A DNA stretch of 64,000 nt, taken from Anthoceros angustus. Its lineage: Eukaryota > Plantae > Anthocerotophyta. Shown here one piece after another: positions 24,201-39,200 of this stretch. A program made the position numbers and the translations under genes. Location of the stretch: positions 1,539,124-1,603,123 of the forward strand of contig VJWM01000068.1 of the NCBI GenBank assembly GCA_010909165.1. The letters run 5' to 3'. The notes beneath the pieces were generated by a model. The model had not been told where the DNA came from, searched no databases, and worked only from the letters and a program-made list of their open reading frames with translations. The first letter of the stretch is position 1; each line of letters starts with the position of its first letter.

Positions 24201-27200
24201 TCCTCTTTTGTTTATCTTTTCCTTTGTTATTTTGGGTTGGGTTGTGAAGGTTCAGTCTCTTTTGATTTTGTGAGGGCTTTTGGTTGTTTTGTTTTGTTTC
24301 TAGCTTCTTTTTGGGAGGTTATCATTGTTATTTTTTATTTTGGGTTGGGTTGTAGCTAAAGGTTCCAATCTCTTTTCGGATGTTTGTGGGGCTTTTGGTT
24401 CTCTTGTTTCTTGCTTTTTTTTGTGAGGTTATTTTTGTTATTGTTTTCCTTTTGGGTTGGATTGTAGTTGAAGGTCCAATCTCTTTTTTTTGTGAGGGCT
24501 TTTGGTTCTCTTGTATCTAGCTTCTTTAGGTTCCAATCTCTTTTTGGATTTTGTGAGGGCTTTTGGTTCTCTTGTTTCTAGATTCTTTAGGTTCCAATCT
24601 CTTTTCGGATTTTGTGAGGGCTTTTGGTTCTCTTGTTTCTAGCTTCTTTAGGTTCCAATCTCTTTTCGGATTTTGTGAGGGCTTTTGGTTCTCTTGTTTC
24701 TAGCTTCTTATTTTGGGAGGTTATCATTGTTATTTTTTATTTTTGGTTGGGTTGTGGTGAAGGTTCCAATCGGTCTTTAGATTTTGTGAGGTTTTTGATT
24801 GTTTTGTTTCTAGCTTCTTTTGGGAGGTTATTTTTATTGTTTTCCTTTTGGGTTGGATTGTAGTTGAAGGTTCAGTCACTTTTGGATTTTTGAGGGCTTT
24901 TGGTTCTCTTTTCAGATTTTGTGAGGGCTTTTGGTTGTTTTGTCTTTAGCTTCTTATTTTGGGAGGTTATCATTGTTATTTTTTATTTTGGGTTGGGTTG
25001 TAGCTAAAGGTTCCAATCTCTTTTCGGATGTTTGTGGGGCTTTTGGTTCTCTTGTTTCTAGCTTTTTTTTGTGAGGTTATTTTTGTTATTGTTTTCCTTT
25101 TGGGTTGGATTGTAGTTGAAGGTCCAATCTCTTTTGATTTTGTGAGGGCTTTTGGTTCTCTTGTATCTAGCTTCTTTAGGTTCCAATCTCTTTTTGGATT
25201 TTGTGAGGGCTTTTGGTTCTCTTGTTTCTACTTTAAGTTCCAATCTCTTTTCGGATTTTGTGAGGGCTTTTGGTTCTCTTGTTTAGCTTCTTTAGGTTCC
25301 AATCTCTTTTTGGATTTTGTGAGGGCTTTTGGTTCTCTTGTTTCTAGCTTCTTATTTTGGGAGGTTATCATTGTTATTTTTTATTTTTGGTTGGGTTGTA
25401 TGAAGGTTCCAATCGGTCTTTAGATTTTGTGAGGTTTTTGATTGTTTTGTTTCTAGCTTCTTTTGGGAGGTTATTTTTTATTTTTGTTTTCCTTTTGGGT
25501 TGGATTGTATGAAGGTTCAGTCACTTTTGGATTTTTGAGGGCCTTGAGTTTTGGGAGGTTATTTATTTTGCTTTCTTTTGTGATCTTTTGGTTGTTAGTG
25601 GATATCTTCCATTGCTTATGATCATGAGGTATCTACGTGTGGTCCTCGTCTAATCAAAGCAATGGGAGTAGGCGAGACTTGGCCTCGAGCTTTGCAACTC
25701 TCGAGTTTCGGGACCGCCTCGGGAGGCGTCTCTCAACAAGTGCAAGAGCACTTGTTTTTGTCCCATGTTGGATTACATTCCACACATCTTTTAGCAAGCT
25801 TTCCCCATAAAAACAAGGAGATCCCTACATGTATATAGCGCCCAAGTCATATGGGGTCCCCAAAGCGCCGACCTCCCACCACATGAGGCTCAGCGTGCAC
25901 ACCTCACTTTTTGCACATCGGCAATAACCACGAGCTTCCCTCCATAAAGATGGGGCTCAACTAAAGTTGGGGCCCCACAATGCCAACCTCATATTCACAG
26001 TGCCCCACCACCCCTCGGCGCAAACTTTTGCTCCGCTTTCTTTTGGGTTTGTAGAAACCCTTCTAAATAACGCCTTAAGTGGGGCCCCTCGGACCGCCAA
26101 CCTTGACCCTGGTGCCCCACCACCCCAGGCCAAGGCCCCTCGAAATGCCAACCTCATATTCACAGTGCCCCAACACCCCGGTCGCTCTTCTCCTTGCTTT
26201 CCTTTTGGTTTATAACTTCCCTCAAGAAGGAGTGTCGCTTCCCTCAAAGCGATGTGTCGGAATGTAATCCAACATGGGTATGCTCACACAGATGGCAATT
26301 TCCAGCCAAAGTCGAAGAAATTTGAGGTGGAGACTTCATTTACTTGCGATGTCAAGCAGGAGATACCTTGACACGCTAGCGACGCATCTTTGCAAGTGAA
26401 GGAGGTTAGACCTAATGGGGTACTCTTTTTGGATTTTTGAGGGCCTTGACGATCGACAACATGAAGAATTGTCGGTCTATCACCTCCCAAACTGGACCCA
26501 ACTATTGTTACCGATTGGGTCCCTCCGCTTGATTACCCATGCCAAGTATGTAGGCCTCCGGATGATCTGAGGCGATGCCGTTTTGTGATCCGTGATGGTG
26601 GTTACCATGTGTTTTGCCTAAATCCACCACTAGTTGAGGTCCGGATCACTGTACAAGAAAACCAGCTAGCGGGCATAAACCATCCAGCTACAGTATACTC
26701 GGGGCAGTCCAGCTATACTCGGGGCGATCATAGTCCCATGGCAACAAGTATACTCGGGACAGCCCCAACCTCAGCCATACTTGGGATGGTCCAGCTACAG
26801 TATACTCGGGGCGATCATAGTCCCAACTCTAGCTTCTGATCCAACTCTAGCTTCTGATCACGGTCCCCAACTCTAGCTTCTTTAGGTTCCAATCTCTTTT
26901 GATTTTGTGAGGGCTTTTGGTTTATCACTTCCCTCAAAGCGATGTCGGAATGTAATCCAACAACTATACTTGGGATGGTCCCGTAGAGAACACTCGGGAC
27001 AAGCGATTAGGGATGGAGTAGTGACCCTTTCGGCCAAGTGTTTGAGTGTCTTTGGCGGAATTGCTATGGTGCGTGAAGAGTGCAGATGGGATGGTTCTAG
27101 TGGCAATTTCACCTCTTTCTATGATAAGCTCGTCGGCACTCTAAAACTCCTACTCTTGTTGTGGTTAGAGGTAGCGAAGAGCTCCCACTAATTGTCATGC

Positions 27201-30200
27201 GTGTTGTGACCAATGTCAAGGGACAAACTATAGGAGGAAGTAGGGGTAATCTATACTCAGAGAAAGACGAGGAAGAGCCAAGCACGACTTCCACCCCAAC
27301 TACGTAGAGATACTAAGGAAGAAGTTGGGACGGAAGGTCCTTGTTCTTTGATGACACCAACTCAAGATCGACACCTTGTAGCATGAAATGATCACCACAC
27401 TAACAACACACAATAGTCGATTCTGTTTTAAACTAAGCGGACACTTGAATCTTGTAGGAGTCTAAGACTCAAGCATCTCCTTTGAATAAGTCATGTTTTA
27501 CCTTAGGGAGGGCTTTAGTAAGCGGTCATGCATTAGATCCCGTGGGGATGTATTCAAAACAGATCGACTTAAAGCGCATCTCGGATGAAATGGTAATGAA
27601 TCTCGATGTCCTTAATGCGTGCACCGGGACTCATGGCGCCGCGATTGTTGCGTCCGAGATTGTCGTGTATGCGTGTCGAGTGTCCTCTCCCAAGACTCAC
27701 GATGCCGCGGTGGAGCGATAACTTAAGAAGGTTCCACATAGCGTATAAAAATATGGTATATGGATTATATAAAATGGTGTTACAAAGGACTTTGAGCCTC
27801 CTTTGGCTTTGGCTTCTATGGATTGAGTATTTGAACTAAGTTTTCTAGCTAGTGACCATGAAGCGACTTCATGTCATCGTAATGACTTCGTCCGTCGTAC
27901 CATATGGTGATGGTATGTGAGTCATTCTTGCACCTTCGAGCTCATACCTCGCCAGGCATGACACCGCCACAGCATGTGTCGCACCTTCCACGTCGATTAT
28001 CTTTGAAGCGATCGTCAATGCTCCGCACTTGGGCACCACCGGCCTGCAACACGGCACACTCCGACACCCCGGCCCGACAACCTCACCGATGAAAACACGA
28101 GGCACGCATGGAAGCTAACCCCTCACCATCCCTCCCTTCACAATTGTCCCGAACCCGGATCCTCTATGAGAGGCGCCTCACGAACCGAGCCAAGCGGTCG
28201 CTTGCGCTTTCATCCACTAAAGTTGAGTATAAGGCCACAGCGGGCGCATGGAAGGAGTTAGAGTGGGAAGGCAACTTTTGGAATGAATCCACTTACCTCA
28301 AAGTGCTCCCACTAAGCTTCTATGTGAAAGCATGTAGGCTATTGCCCTTTTTCCAATCCTTGGTTTCATGCAAGAACCAAGCACATTGAGCTAAACCACC
28401 ATTATATCCATGGCGTCATTGAAAGGGGCATTGTGAAAGTGGAATACATTAGTCTTGATGAGAATCTGACTAATATTTTTACAAAGGGCTGCCAAAGCCA
28501 AAGCATTTCAAGCATATGGCTGCCCTTGGGCTCAGTGTTCACTCGCCTCTGTCGAGTTGATATCTACCTTGTTGTCGTGGCGGGCTGTTGATTCTTATTG
28601 CCTCTAGGGCTCTGGAGCTGCTCGCCTTCTTCTGCTCAAAATGGCGTATTCATCGGTACTCTCAAAGGATGAAGCTACACTATGAAATCTAGGCGTGAGA
28701 GGTATCGGACATATGGGTCATGTTTTGGGAGGTCATATCTTTTCTTTTCTTTTGTGATTTCTTGGTTGGGTTGTATTTGAAGGTTCTAGTTGTTTTCGCT
28801 TTCTTTTGTGAGGATTTTGGTTGTTTTGTTTTGTTTTGTTTTCCTTTGTTATTTTTGTGAGGATTTTGGTTGTTTTGTTTCTAACCGTTCTTTGGGACGT
28901 TTTTCCTCTTTGTTTTGTTTTCCTTTGTTATTTTGGGTTGGGTTGTAGTTGAAGGTTCGGTCTCTTTTCGGATAATTTTGAGGTTTTTGGTTGTTTTGTC
29001 TCTAGTTTCTTATTTTGGGAGGTTATCAATGCTATTTTCCAATTTTTGGGTTGGGTTGTAGCTTTAGGTTCCAATCTCTTTTGATTTTGTGAGGGCTTTT
29101 GGTTCTCTTGTTTCTAGCTTCTTTAGGTTCAATCTCTTTTGATTTTGTGAGGGCTTTTGGTTCTCTTGTTTCTAGCTTCTTTAGGTTCCAATCTCTTTTG
29201 GTTTTGTGAGGGCTTTTGGTTCTCTTGTTTCTAGATTCTTTAGGTTCCAATCTCTTTTGATTTTGTGAGGGCTTTTGGTTCTCTTGTTTCTCTTTTGGGA
29301 GGTTATTTCCTCTTTTGTTTATCTTTTCCTTTGTTATTTTGGGTTGGGTTGTATGAAGGTTCGAGTCTCTTTTATTTTTGTGAGGGCTTTTGGTTGTTTT
29401 GTCTTTAGCTTCTTATTTTGGGAGGTTATCATTGTTATTTTTATTTTGGGTTGGGTTGTAGCTAAAGGTTCCAATCTCTTTTCGGATGTTTGTGGGGGCT
29501 TTTGGTTCTCTTGTTTCTTGCTTTTTTTTGTGAGGTTATTTTGTTATTGTTTTCCTTTTGGGTTGGATTGTAGTTGAAGGGTCCAATCTCTTTTGATTTT
29601 GTGAGGGCTTTTGGTTCTCTTGTATCTAGCTTCTTTAGGTTCCAATCTCTTTTCGGATTTTGTGAGGCTTTTGGTTCTCTTGTTTCTAGCTTCTTTAGGT
29701 TCAATCTCTTTTATTTTTGTGAGGGCTTTTGGTTCTCTTGTTTCTAGCTTCTTTAGGTTCCAATCTCTTTTGGATTTTGTGAGGGCTTTTGGTTCTCTTG
29801 TTTCTAGCTTCTTATTTTGGGAGGTTATCATTGTTATTTTTATTATTTTTGGTTGGGTTGTGGTGAAGGTTCAATCGGTCTTTAGATTTTTGAGGTTTTT
29901 GATTGTTTTGTTTCTAGCTTCTTTTGGGAGGTTATTTTGTTATTGTTTTCCTTTTGGGTTGGATTGTGAAGGTTCAATCTCTTTTGGATTTTTGAGGGCC
30001 TTGACCGTTTTTGGTTCTAGTGTCTCTTTGGGAGGTTATTTATTTTGCTTTCTTTTGTGATCTTTTGGTTGTTAGTGGATATCTTCCATTGCTTATGATC
30101 ATGAGATATCTCGTGTGGTCCTCGTCTAATCAAAGCAATGGGAGTAGGCAAGAGACTTGGCCTCGAGCTTTGCAACTCTCGAGTTTCAGGACCGCCTCGG

Positions 30201-33200
30201 AGGCGTCTCTCAACAAGTGCAAGAGCACTTGTTTTTGGTCCCATGTTGGATTACATTCCACACATCTTTTCGAGCAAGCTTTCCCCATAAAAACAAGGAG
30301 ATCCCTACATGTATATAGCGCCAAGTCATATTGGGTCCCCAAAGCGACCTCCCACCACATGAGGCTCAACGTGCACCACCTCACTTTTGCTGTCGGCAAT
30401 AACCACGAGCTTCCCTCCATAAAGATAGGGCTCAACTAAAGTTGGGGCCCCTCGAAAATGCCAAGCTCATATTCTGGTGCCCCACCACCTCGGCGCAAAC
30501 TTTTGCTCCGCTTTCTTTTGGGTTTGTAGAAACCCTTCTAAATAACAGCCTTAAGTGGGGCCCCTCAGCGCCAACCTTGACCCACGGTGCCCCACCACCC
30601 CAGGCCAAGGCCCCTCGAAAATGCCAACCTCATATTCACGGTGCCCCAACACCCCGGTCGCTCTTCTCCTTGCTTTCCTTTTGGTTTATAACTTCCCTCA
30701 GAAGGAGTGTCGCTTCCCTCAAAGCGATGTGTCGGAATGTAATCCAACATGGGTATGCTCACACACGGAATGGCAATTTCAGCCAAAGTCGAAGAAATTT
30801 GAGGTGGAGACTTCATTTACTTGCGGTGTCAAGCAGAGATACCTTGACACGCTAGCGACGCATCTTTGCAAGTGAAGGAGGTTAGACCTAATGGGGTACT
30901 CTTGCTACGGTGATGGGCGCCTGACGATCGACAACATGAAGAATTGTGCGGTCTATCACCTCCCAAACTGGACCCAACTATTGTTACCGATTGGGTCCCT
31001 CCGCTTGATTACCCATGCCAAGTATGTAGGCCTCCGGATGATCTGAGGCGATGCGTTTTGTGATCATGATGGTGGTTACCATGTGTTTTGCCTAAATCCA
31101 CCACTAGTTGAGGTCCGGATCACTTGTACAAGAAAACCAGCTAGCGGGCATAAACCATCGAGGCTTCAGCGGGGAGGCGGGGTGGAAGGCAGAGGACTCA
31201 TTTTTGCTACATGTTAGATGACAGTTGGGACATACTCGGGGCGGCCCCAATGTTCGATGAGATAGCTAGGACATACTCGGGGCGGCCCCAACCTCGGTCC
31301 AGCTATACTCGGGGCGGCCCCAACCTCGGTCCAGCTATACTGGGGCAGTCCCATGGCAACAAGTATACTCGGGGCAGTCCCATGGCAACAAGTATACTCG
31401 GGGCGGCCCCAACCTCGGTCCAGCTATACTGGGGCAGTCCCATGGCAACAAGTATACTCGGGGCAGTCATAGTCCCAACTCTAGCTTCTGATCACGGTCC
31501 CCAACTCTAGCTTCTGATCACGGTCCCCAACTCTAGCTTCTGATCACGGTCCAGCTCGGCTATACTCGGGGCGGCCCCAACCTCGGTCCAGCTATACTCG
31601 GGGCAGTCCCATGGCAACAAGTATACTCGGGGCGGCCCCAACCTCGGCCATACTTGGGATGGTCCCAGTAGAGAACACTCGGGGCAGTCATAGTCCCAAC
31701 TCTAGCTTCTGATCACGGTCCAGCTCTGACTTTAGTCGGGGCCCCTCGGCGCAAACTTTTGCTGTCGGCAACAACTATACTTGGGATGGTCCCGGTAGAA
31801 CACTCGGGACACCGAGTTAGGGATGGAGTGGTGACCCTTCGGCCAAGTGTTTGAGTGTCTTTGGCTGGAATTGCTATGGTGCGTGAAGAGTGGTGCGGAT
31901 GGGATGGTTCTAGTGGCAATTTCACCTCTTTCTATGATAAGCTCGTCGGCACTCTAAAACTCCTACTCTTGTTGTGGTTAGAGGTAGCACGAAGAGCTCC
32001 CACTAATTCATGCGTGTTGTGACCAATGTCAAGGGACAAACTATAGGAGGAAGTAGGGGTAATCTATGCTCAAGAGAAAGACGAAGAAATTTGGTGGAGA
32101 CTTCATTTACTTGCGATGTCAAGCAGAGATACCTTGACACGCTAGCGACGCATCTTTGCAAGTGAAGGAGGTTAGACCTAATGGGGTACTCTTGCTACGG
32201 TGATGGGCCTGACGATCGACAACATGAAGAATTGTGCGGTCTATCACCTCCCAAACTGGACCCAACTATTGTTACCGGTGATTGGGTCCCCAAAGCGACC
32301 TCCCACCACATGAGGCTCAGCGTGCACCGGGACTCATTTTTGCTTTCTTTTGTGATCTTTTGGTTTATAACTTCCCTCAGAAGGAGTGTCGCTTCCCTCC
32401 ATAAAGATAGGGCTCAACTAAAGTTGGGGCCCAATGTTCGATGAGATAGCTAGGACATACTCGGGGCGGCCCCAACCTCATATTCTGGTGCCCCACCACC
32501 CCTCGGCGCAAACTTTTGCTCCGCTTTCTTTTGGTTGTAGAAACCCTTCTAAATAACAGCATATGGCTGCCCTTGGGCTCGGAGTGTCCTCTCCCAAGAC
32601 TCGATGCCAACCTCACCGATGAAAACACGAGGCACGCATGGAAGCTAACCCCTCACCATCCCTCCCTTCACAGTGCCCCAACACCCCGGTCGCTCTTCTC
32701 CTTTGCTTTCCTTTTGGTTTATAACTTCCCTCAGAAGGAGTGTCGCTTCCCTCAAAGCGATGTGTCGGAATGTAATCCAACATGGGTATGCTCACACGGA
32801 ATGGCAATTTCAGCCAAAGTCGAAGAAATTTCGGTGGAGACTTCATTTACTTGCGATGTCAAGCAGGAGATACCGACACCGCTAGCATAGCGCATCTTTG
32901 CAAGTGAAGGAGGTTAGACCTAATGGGGTACTCTTGCTGATGATGGGCCTGACGATCGACAACATGAAGAATTGTCGGTCTATCACCTCCCAAACTGGAC
33001 CCAACTATTGTTACCGATTGGGTCCCTCCGCTTGATTACCCATGCCAAGTATGTAGGCCTCCGGATGATCTGGTGATGCGTTTTGTGATCACATGATGGT
33101 GGTTACCATGTGTTTTGCCTAAATCCACCACTAGTTGAGGTCCGGATCACTTGTACAAGAAAACCAGCTAGCGGGCATAAACCATCGAGGCTTCAGCGGG

Positions 33201-36200
33201 GAGGCGGGGTGGAGAGGCAGAGGACTCATTTTTGCTACATGTTAGATGACAGTTGGGACATACTCGGGGCGGCCCCAATGTTCGATGAGATAGCTAGGAC
33301 ATACTCGGGGCGGCCCCAACCTCGGTCCAGCTATACTCGGGGCGGCCCCAACCTCGGTCCAGCTATACTGGGGCAGTCCCATGGCAACAAGTATACTCGG
33401 GGCAGTCCCATGGCAACAAGTATACTCGGGGCGGCCCCAACCTCGGTCCAGCTATACTGGGGCAGTCCCATGGCAACAAGTATACTCGGGGCAGTCATAG
33501 TCCCAACTCTAGCTTCTGATCACGGTCCCAACTCTAGCTTCTGATCACGGTCCCAACTCTAGCTTCTGATCACGGTCCAGCTCGGCTATACTCGGGGCGG
33601 CCCCAACCTCGGTCCAGCTATACTCGGGGCAGTCCCATGGCAACAAGTATACTCGGGGCGGCCCCAACCTCGGCCATACTTGGGATGGTCCCAGTAGAGA
33701 ACACTCGGGGCAGTCATAGTCCCAACTCTAGCTTCTGATCACGGTCCAGCTATACTGGGGCAGTCATAGTCCCATGGCAACAACTATACTTGGGATGGTC
33801 CCAGTAGAGAACACTCGGGACACCGAGTTAGGGATGGAGTGGTGACCCTTCGGCCAAGTGTTTGAGTGTCTTTGGCTGGAATTGCTATGGTGCGTGAAGA
33901 GTGGTGCAGATGGGATGGTTCTAGTGGCAATTTCACCTCTTTCTATGATAAGCTCGTCGGCACTCTAAAACTCCTACTCTTGTTGTGGTTAGAGGTAGCA
34001 CGAAGAGCTCCCACTAATTCATGCGTGTTGTGACCAATGTCAAGGGACAAACTATAGGAGGAAGTAGGGGTAATCTATGCTACTGAAGAGAAAGACACTG
34101 AGGAAGAGCCAAAGCACGACTTCCACCCCAACTCGTAGAGATACTAAGGAGAAGAAGTTGGGACGGAAGGTCCTTGTTCTTTGATGACACCAACTCAAGA
34201 TCGACACCTTGTAGCAGAAATGATCACACTAACAACACACAATAGTCGATTCTTTTAAACTAAGCGGACACTTGAATCTTGTAGGAGTCTAAGACTCAAG
34301 CATCTCCTTTGAATAAGTCATGTTTTACCTTAGGGAGGGCTTTAGTAAGCGGTCGGTGCATTAGATCCCGTGGGGATGTATTCAAAACAGTCGACTTAAA
34401 GCGCATCTCGGATGAAATGGTAATGAATCTCGATGTCCTTGATACGTGCACCGGGACTCATGGCGCGATTGTTGCGTCCGAGATTGTCGTGCGTGTCGAG
34501 TGTCCTCTCCCAAGACTCGATGCCGCGAGTGGAGCGATAACAGAAGGTTCCACATAGCGTATAAAAATATGGTATATGGATTATATAAAATCGATTGGTT
34601 ACATAGGACTTTGAGCCTCCTTTGGCTTTGGCTTCTATGGATTGAGTATTTGAACTAAGTTTTCTAGCTAGTGACCATGAAGCGACTTCATGTCATCGTA
34701 ATGACTTCGTCGTACCATATGGTGATGGTATGTGAGTCATTCTTGCACCTTCCGAGCTCATACCTCGCCGAGCATGACACCGCCACAGCAGCATGTGTCG
34801 CACCTTCCACGTCGGTATCTTTGAAGCCGATCGTCAATGCTCCGCACTTGGGCACCACCAGCGCTGCAACACGGCACACTCCACACTTAGCCCGGTGACA
34901 ACCTCACCGATGAAAACACGAGGCACGCATGGAAGCTAACCCCTCACCATCCCTCCCTTCACAATTGTCCCGAACCGGATCCTCTATATGAGAGGCGCGC
35001 CTCACGAACCGAGCCAAGAAGCGGTCGCTTGCGCTTTCATCCACTAAAGTTGAGTATAAGGCCACAGCGGGCGCATGGAAGGAGTTAGAGTGGGAAAGGC
35101 AACTTTTGGAATGAATCCACTTACCTCAAAGTGCTCCCACTAAGCTTCTATGTGAAAGCATGTAGGCTATTGCCCTTTTTCCAATCCTTGGTTTCATGCA
35201 AGAACCAAGCACATTGAGCTAAACCACCATTATATCCATGGCGTGAAGGGGCATTGTGAAAGTGGAATACATTAGTACTGATGAGAATACAGCTAATATT
35301 TTTACAAAGGGCCTGCCAAAGCCAAAGCATTTCAAGCATATGGCTGCCCTTGGGCTCGGAGTGTTCACTCTGCCCTCTGTATCGAGTTGATATCTACCTT
35401 GTTGTCAGCGAGCGGGCCTGTTGATTCTTATTGCCTCTAGGGCTCTGGAGCCTGCTCCGCCTTCTTCCTGCTCAAAATGACGTATTCATCAGCATCTGGT
35501 ACTCTCAAAGGATGAAGCTACACTATGAAATCTAGGCGTGAGAGGTATCAGACATATGGGTCATGTTTTAGGAGGTCATATCTTTTTTTTCTTTTCTTTT
35601 GTGATTTCTTGGTTGGGTTGTATGAAGGTTCTAGTTGTTTTCGCTTTCTTTTGTGAGGATTTTTGGTTGTTTTGTTTTGTTTCTAGCTTCTTTAGGTTCA
35701 ATCTCTTTTGATTTTGTGAGGATTTTTGGTTGTTTTGTTTCTAACCGTTCTTTGGGACGTTTTTCCTCTTTGTTTTGTTTTCCTTTGTTATTTTGGGTTG
35801 GGTTGTAGTTGAAGGTTCGGTCTCTTTTCGGATAATTTTGAGGTTTTTGGTTGTTTTGTCTCTAGTTTCTTATTTTGGGAGGTTATCAATGCTATTTTCC
35901 AATTTTTGGGTTGGGTTGTAGCTTTAGGTTCCAATCTCTTTTGATTTTGTGAGGGCTTTTGGTTCTCTTGTTTCTAGCTTCTTTAGGTTCCAATCTCTTT
36001 TGGATTTTGTGAGGCTTTTGGTTCTCTTGTTTCTAGATTCTTTAGGTTCAATCTCTTTTGATTTTGTGAGGCTTTTGGTTCTCTTGTTTCTTTTGTTTTG
36101 TCTTTAGCTTCTTTAGGTTATTTTGGGTTGGGTTGTGGTGAAGGTTGAGTCTCTTTTGATTTTGTGAGGGCTTTTGGTTGTTTTGTCTTTAGCTTCTTAT

Positions 36201-39200
36201 TTTGGGAGGTTATCATTGTTATTTTTATTTTGGGTTGGGTTGTAGCTAAAGGTTCCAATCTCTTTTCGGATGTTTGTGGGGGCTTTTGGTTCTCTTGTTT
36301 CTTTTTTTTGTGAGGTTATTTTGTTATTGTTTTCCTTTTGGGTTGGATTGTAGTTGAAGGGTCCAATCTCTTTTGATTTTGTGAGGGCTTTTGGTTCTCT
36401 TGTATCTAGCTTCTTTAGGTTCCAATCTCTTTTGGATTTTGTGAGGGCTTTTGGTTCTCTTGTTTCTATTGCTTTAAGTTCCAATCTCTTTTGGATTTTG
36501 TGAGGTTTTTGGTTCTCTTGTTTCTAGCTTCTTTAGGTTCCAATCTCTTTTGGATTTTGTGAGGGCTTTTGGTTCTCTTGTTTCTAGCTTCTTATTTTGG
36601 GAGGTTATCATTGTTATTTATTATTTTTGGTTGTGGTGAAGGTTCCAATCGGTCTTTAGATTTTGTGAGGATTTTTGGTTGTTTTGTCTCTAGTTTCTTA
36701 TTTTGGGAGGTTATCAATGCTATTTTCCAATTTTTGGGTTGGGTTGTAGCTTTAGGTTCCAATCTCTTTTGATTTTGTGAGGGCTTTTGGTTCTCTTGTT
36801 TCTAGCTTCTTTAGGTTCCAATCTCTTTTCGGATTTTCGTGAGGGCTTTTGGTTCTCTTGTTTCTAGATTCTTTAGGTTCCAATCTCTTTTGATTTTGTG
36901 AGGCTTTTGGTTCTCTTGTTTTGTTTTGTTTTCCTCTTTTGTTTTGTTTTGTTATTTTGGGTTGGGTTGTAGAAGGTTCGAGTCTCTTTTGATTTTGTGA
37001 GGGCTTTTGGTTGTTTTGTCTTTAGCTTCTTATTTTGGGAGGTTATCATTGTTATTTTTATTTTGGGTTGGGTTGTAGCTAAAGGTTCCAATCTCTTTTG
37101 GATTTTGTGAGGGCTTTTGGTTCTCTTGTTTCTTTTGGGAGGTTATTTTGTTATTGTTTTCCTTTTGGGTTGGATTGTAGTTGAAGGGTCCAATCTCTTT
37201 TATTTTTGTGAGGGCTTTTGGTTCTCTTGTATCTAGCTTCTTTAGGTTCCAATCTCTTTTGGATTTTGTGAGGGCTTTTGGTTCTCTTGTTTCTAGGCTT
37301 TAAGTTCCAATCTCTTTTCGGATTTTGTGAGGGCTTTTGGTTCTCTTGTTTCTTTAGGTTCCAATCTCTTTTGGATTTTGTGAGGCTTTTGGTTCTCTTG
37401 TTTCTAGCTTCTTATTTTGGGAGGTTATCATTGTTATTTATTATTTTTGGTTGGGTTGTATGAAGGTTCCAATCGGTCTTTAGATTTTGTGAGGTTTTTG
37501 ATTGTTTTGTTTCTAGCTTCTTTTGGGAGGTTATTTTGTTATTGTTTTCCTTTTGGGTTGGATTGTAGCTGAAGGTTCCATCACTTTTGGATTTTTGAGG
37601 GCCTTGACCGTTTTGGGAGGTTATTTTTGCTTTCTTTTGTGATCTTTTGGTTGTTAGTGGATATCTTCCATTGCTTATGATCATGAGATATCTACGTGTG
37701 GTCCTCGTCTAATCAAAGCAATGGGAGTAGGCGAGACTTGGCCTCGAGAGCTTTGCAACTCTCGAGTTTCGGGACCGCCTCGGAGGCGTCTCTCAACAAG
37801 TGCAAGAGCACTTGTTTTTGTCCCATGTTGGATTACATTCCACACATCTTTTCGAGCAAGCTTTCCCCATAAAAACAAGGAGATCCCTACATGTATATAG
37901 CGCCCAAGTCATATGGGGTCCCCAAAGCGCCGACCTCCCACCACATGAGGCTCAGCGTGCACCACCTCACTTTTGCTGTCGGCAATAACCCGAGCTTCCC
38001 TCCATAAAGATAGGGCTCAACTAAAGTTGGGGCCCCACAAATGCCAAGCTCGCAGCCACAGTGCCCCACCACCTCGGCGCAAACTTTTGCTCCGCTTTCT
38101 TTTGGGTTTGTAGAAACCCTTCTAAATAACCGCCTTAAGTCGGGGCCCCTCAGCGCCAACCTTGACCCTTGGTGCCCCACCACCCCAGGCCAAGGCCCCT
38201 CAGCGCCAACCTCATATTCACGGTGCCCCAACACCCCGGTCGCTCTTCTCCTTGCTTTCCTTTTGGTTGGGTTGTATGAAGGTTCCAATCGGTCTTTAGA
38301 TTTTGTGAGGTTTTTGATTGTTTTGTTTCTAGCTTCTTTTGGGAGGTTATTTTTGTTATTGTTTTCCTTTTGGGTTGGATTGTGAAGGTTCAGTCACTTT
38401 TGGATTTTTGAGGGCCTTGACCGTTTTGGGAGGTTATTTTGGGAGGTTATTTATTTTTGCTTTCTTTTGTGATCTTTTGGTTGTTAGTGGATATCTTCCA
38501 TTGCTTATGATCATGAGATATCTACGTGTGGTCCTCGTCTAATCAAAGCAATGGGAGTAGGCGAGACTTGGCCTCGAGCTTTGCAACTCTCGAGTTTCGG
38601 GACCGCCTCGGGGCGTCTCAACAAGTGCAAGAGCACTTGTTTTTGTCCCATGTTGGATTACATTCCCACACATCTTTTCGAGCAAGCTTTCCCCATAAAA
38701 ACAAGGAGATCCCTACATGTATATAGCGCCCAAGTCATATGGGGTCCCCAAAGCGACCTCCCACCACATGAGGCTCAGCGTGCACCACCTCACTTTTGCT
38801 GTCGGCAATAACCCGAGCTTCCCTCCATAAAGATAGGGCTCAACTAAAGTTGGGGCCCCACAAATGCCAAGCTCGCAGCCACAGTGCCCCACCACCCTCG
38901 GCGCAAACTTTTGCTCCGCTTTCTTTTGGGTTTGTAGAAACCCTTCTAAATAACCGCCTTAAGTCGGGGCCCCTCAGCGCCAACCTTGACCCTTGGTGCC
39001 CCACCACCCCAGAGCCAAGGCCCCTCAGCGCCAACCTCATATTCACGGTGCCCCAACACCCCAGTCGCTCTTCTCCTTTGCTTTCCTTTTGGTTTATCAC
39101 TTCCCTCAAGAAGTGTCGCTTCCCTCAAAGCGATGTGTGAATGTAATCCAACATGGGTATGCTCACACGGAATGGCAATTTCCAGCCAAAGTCGAAGAAA

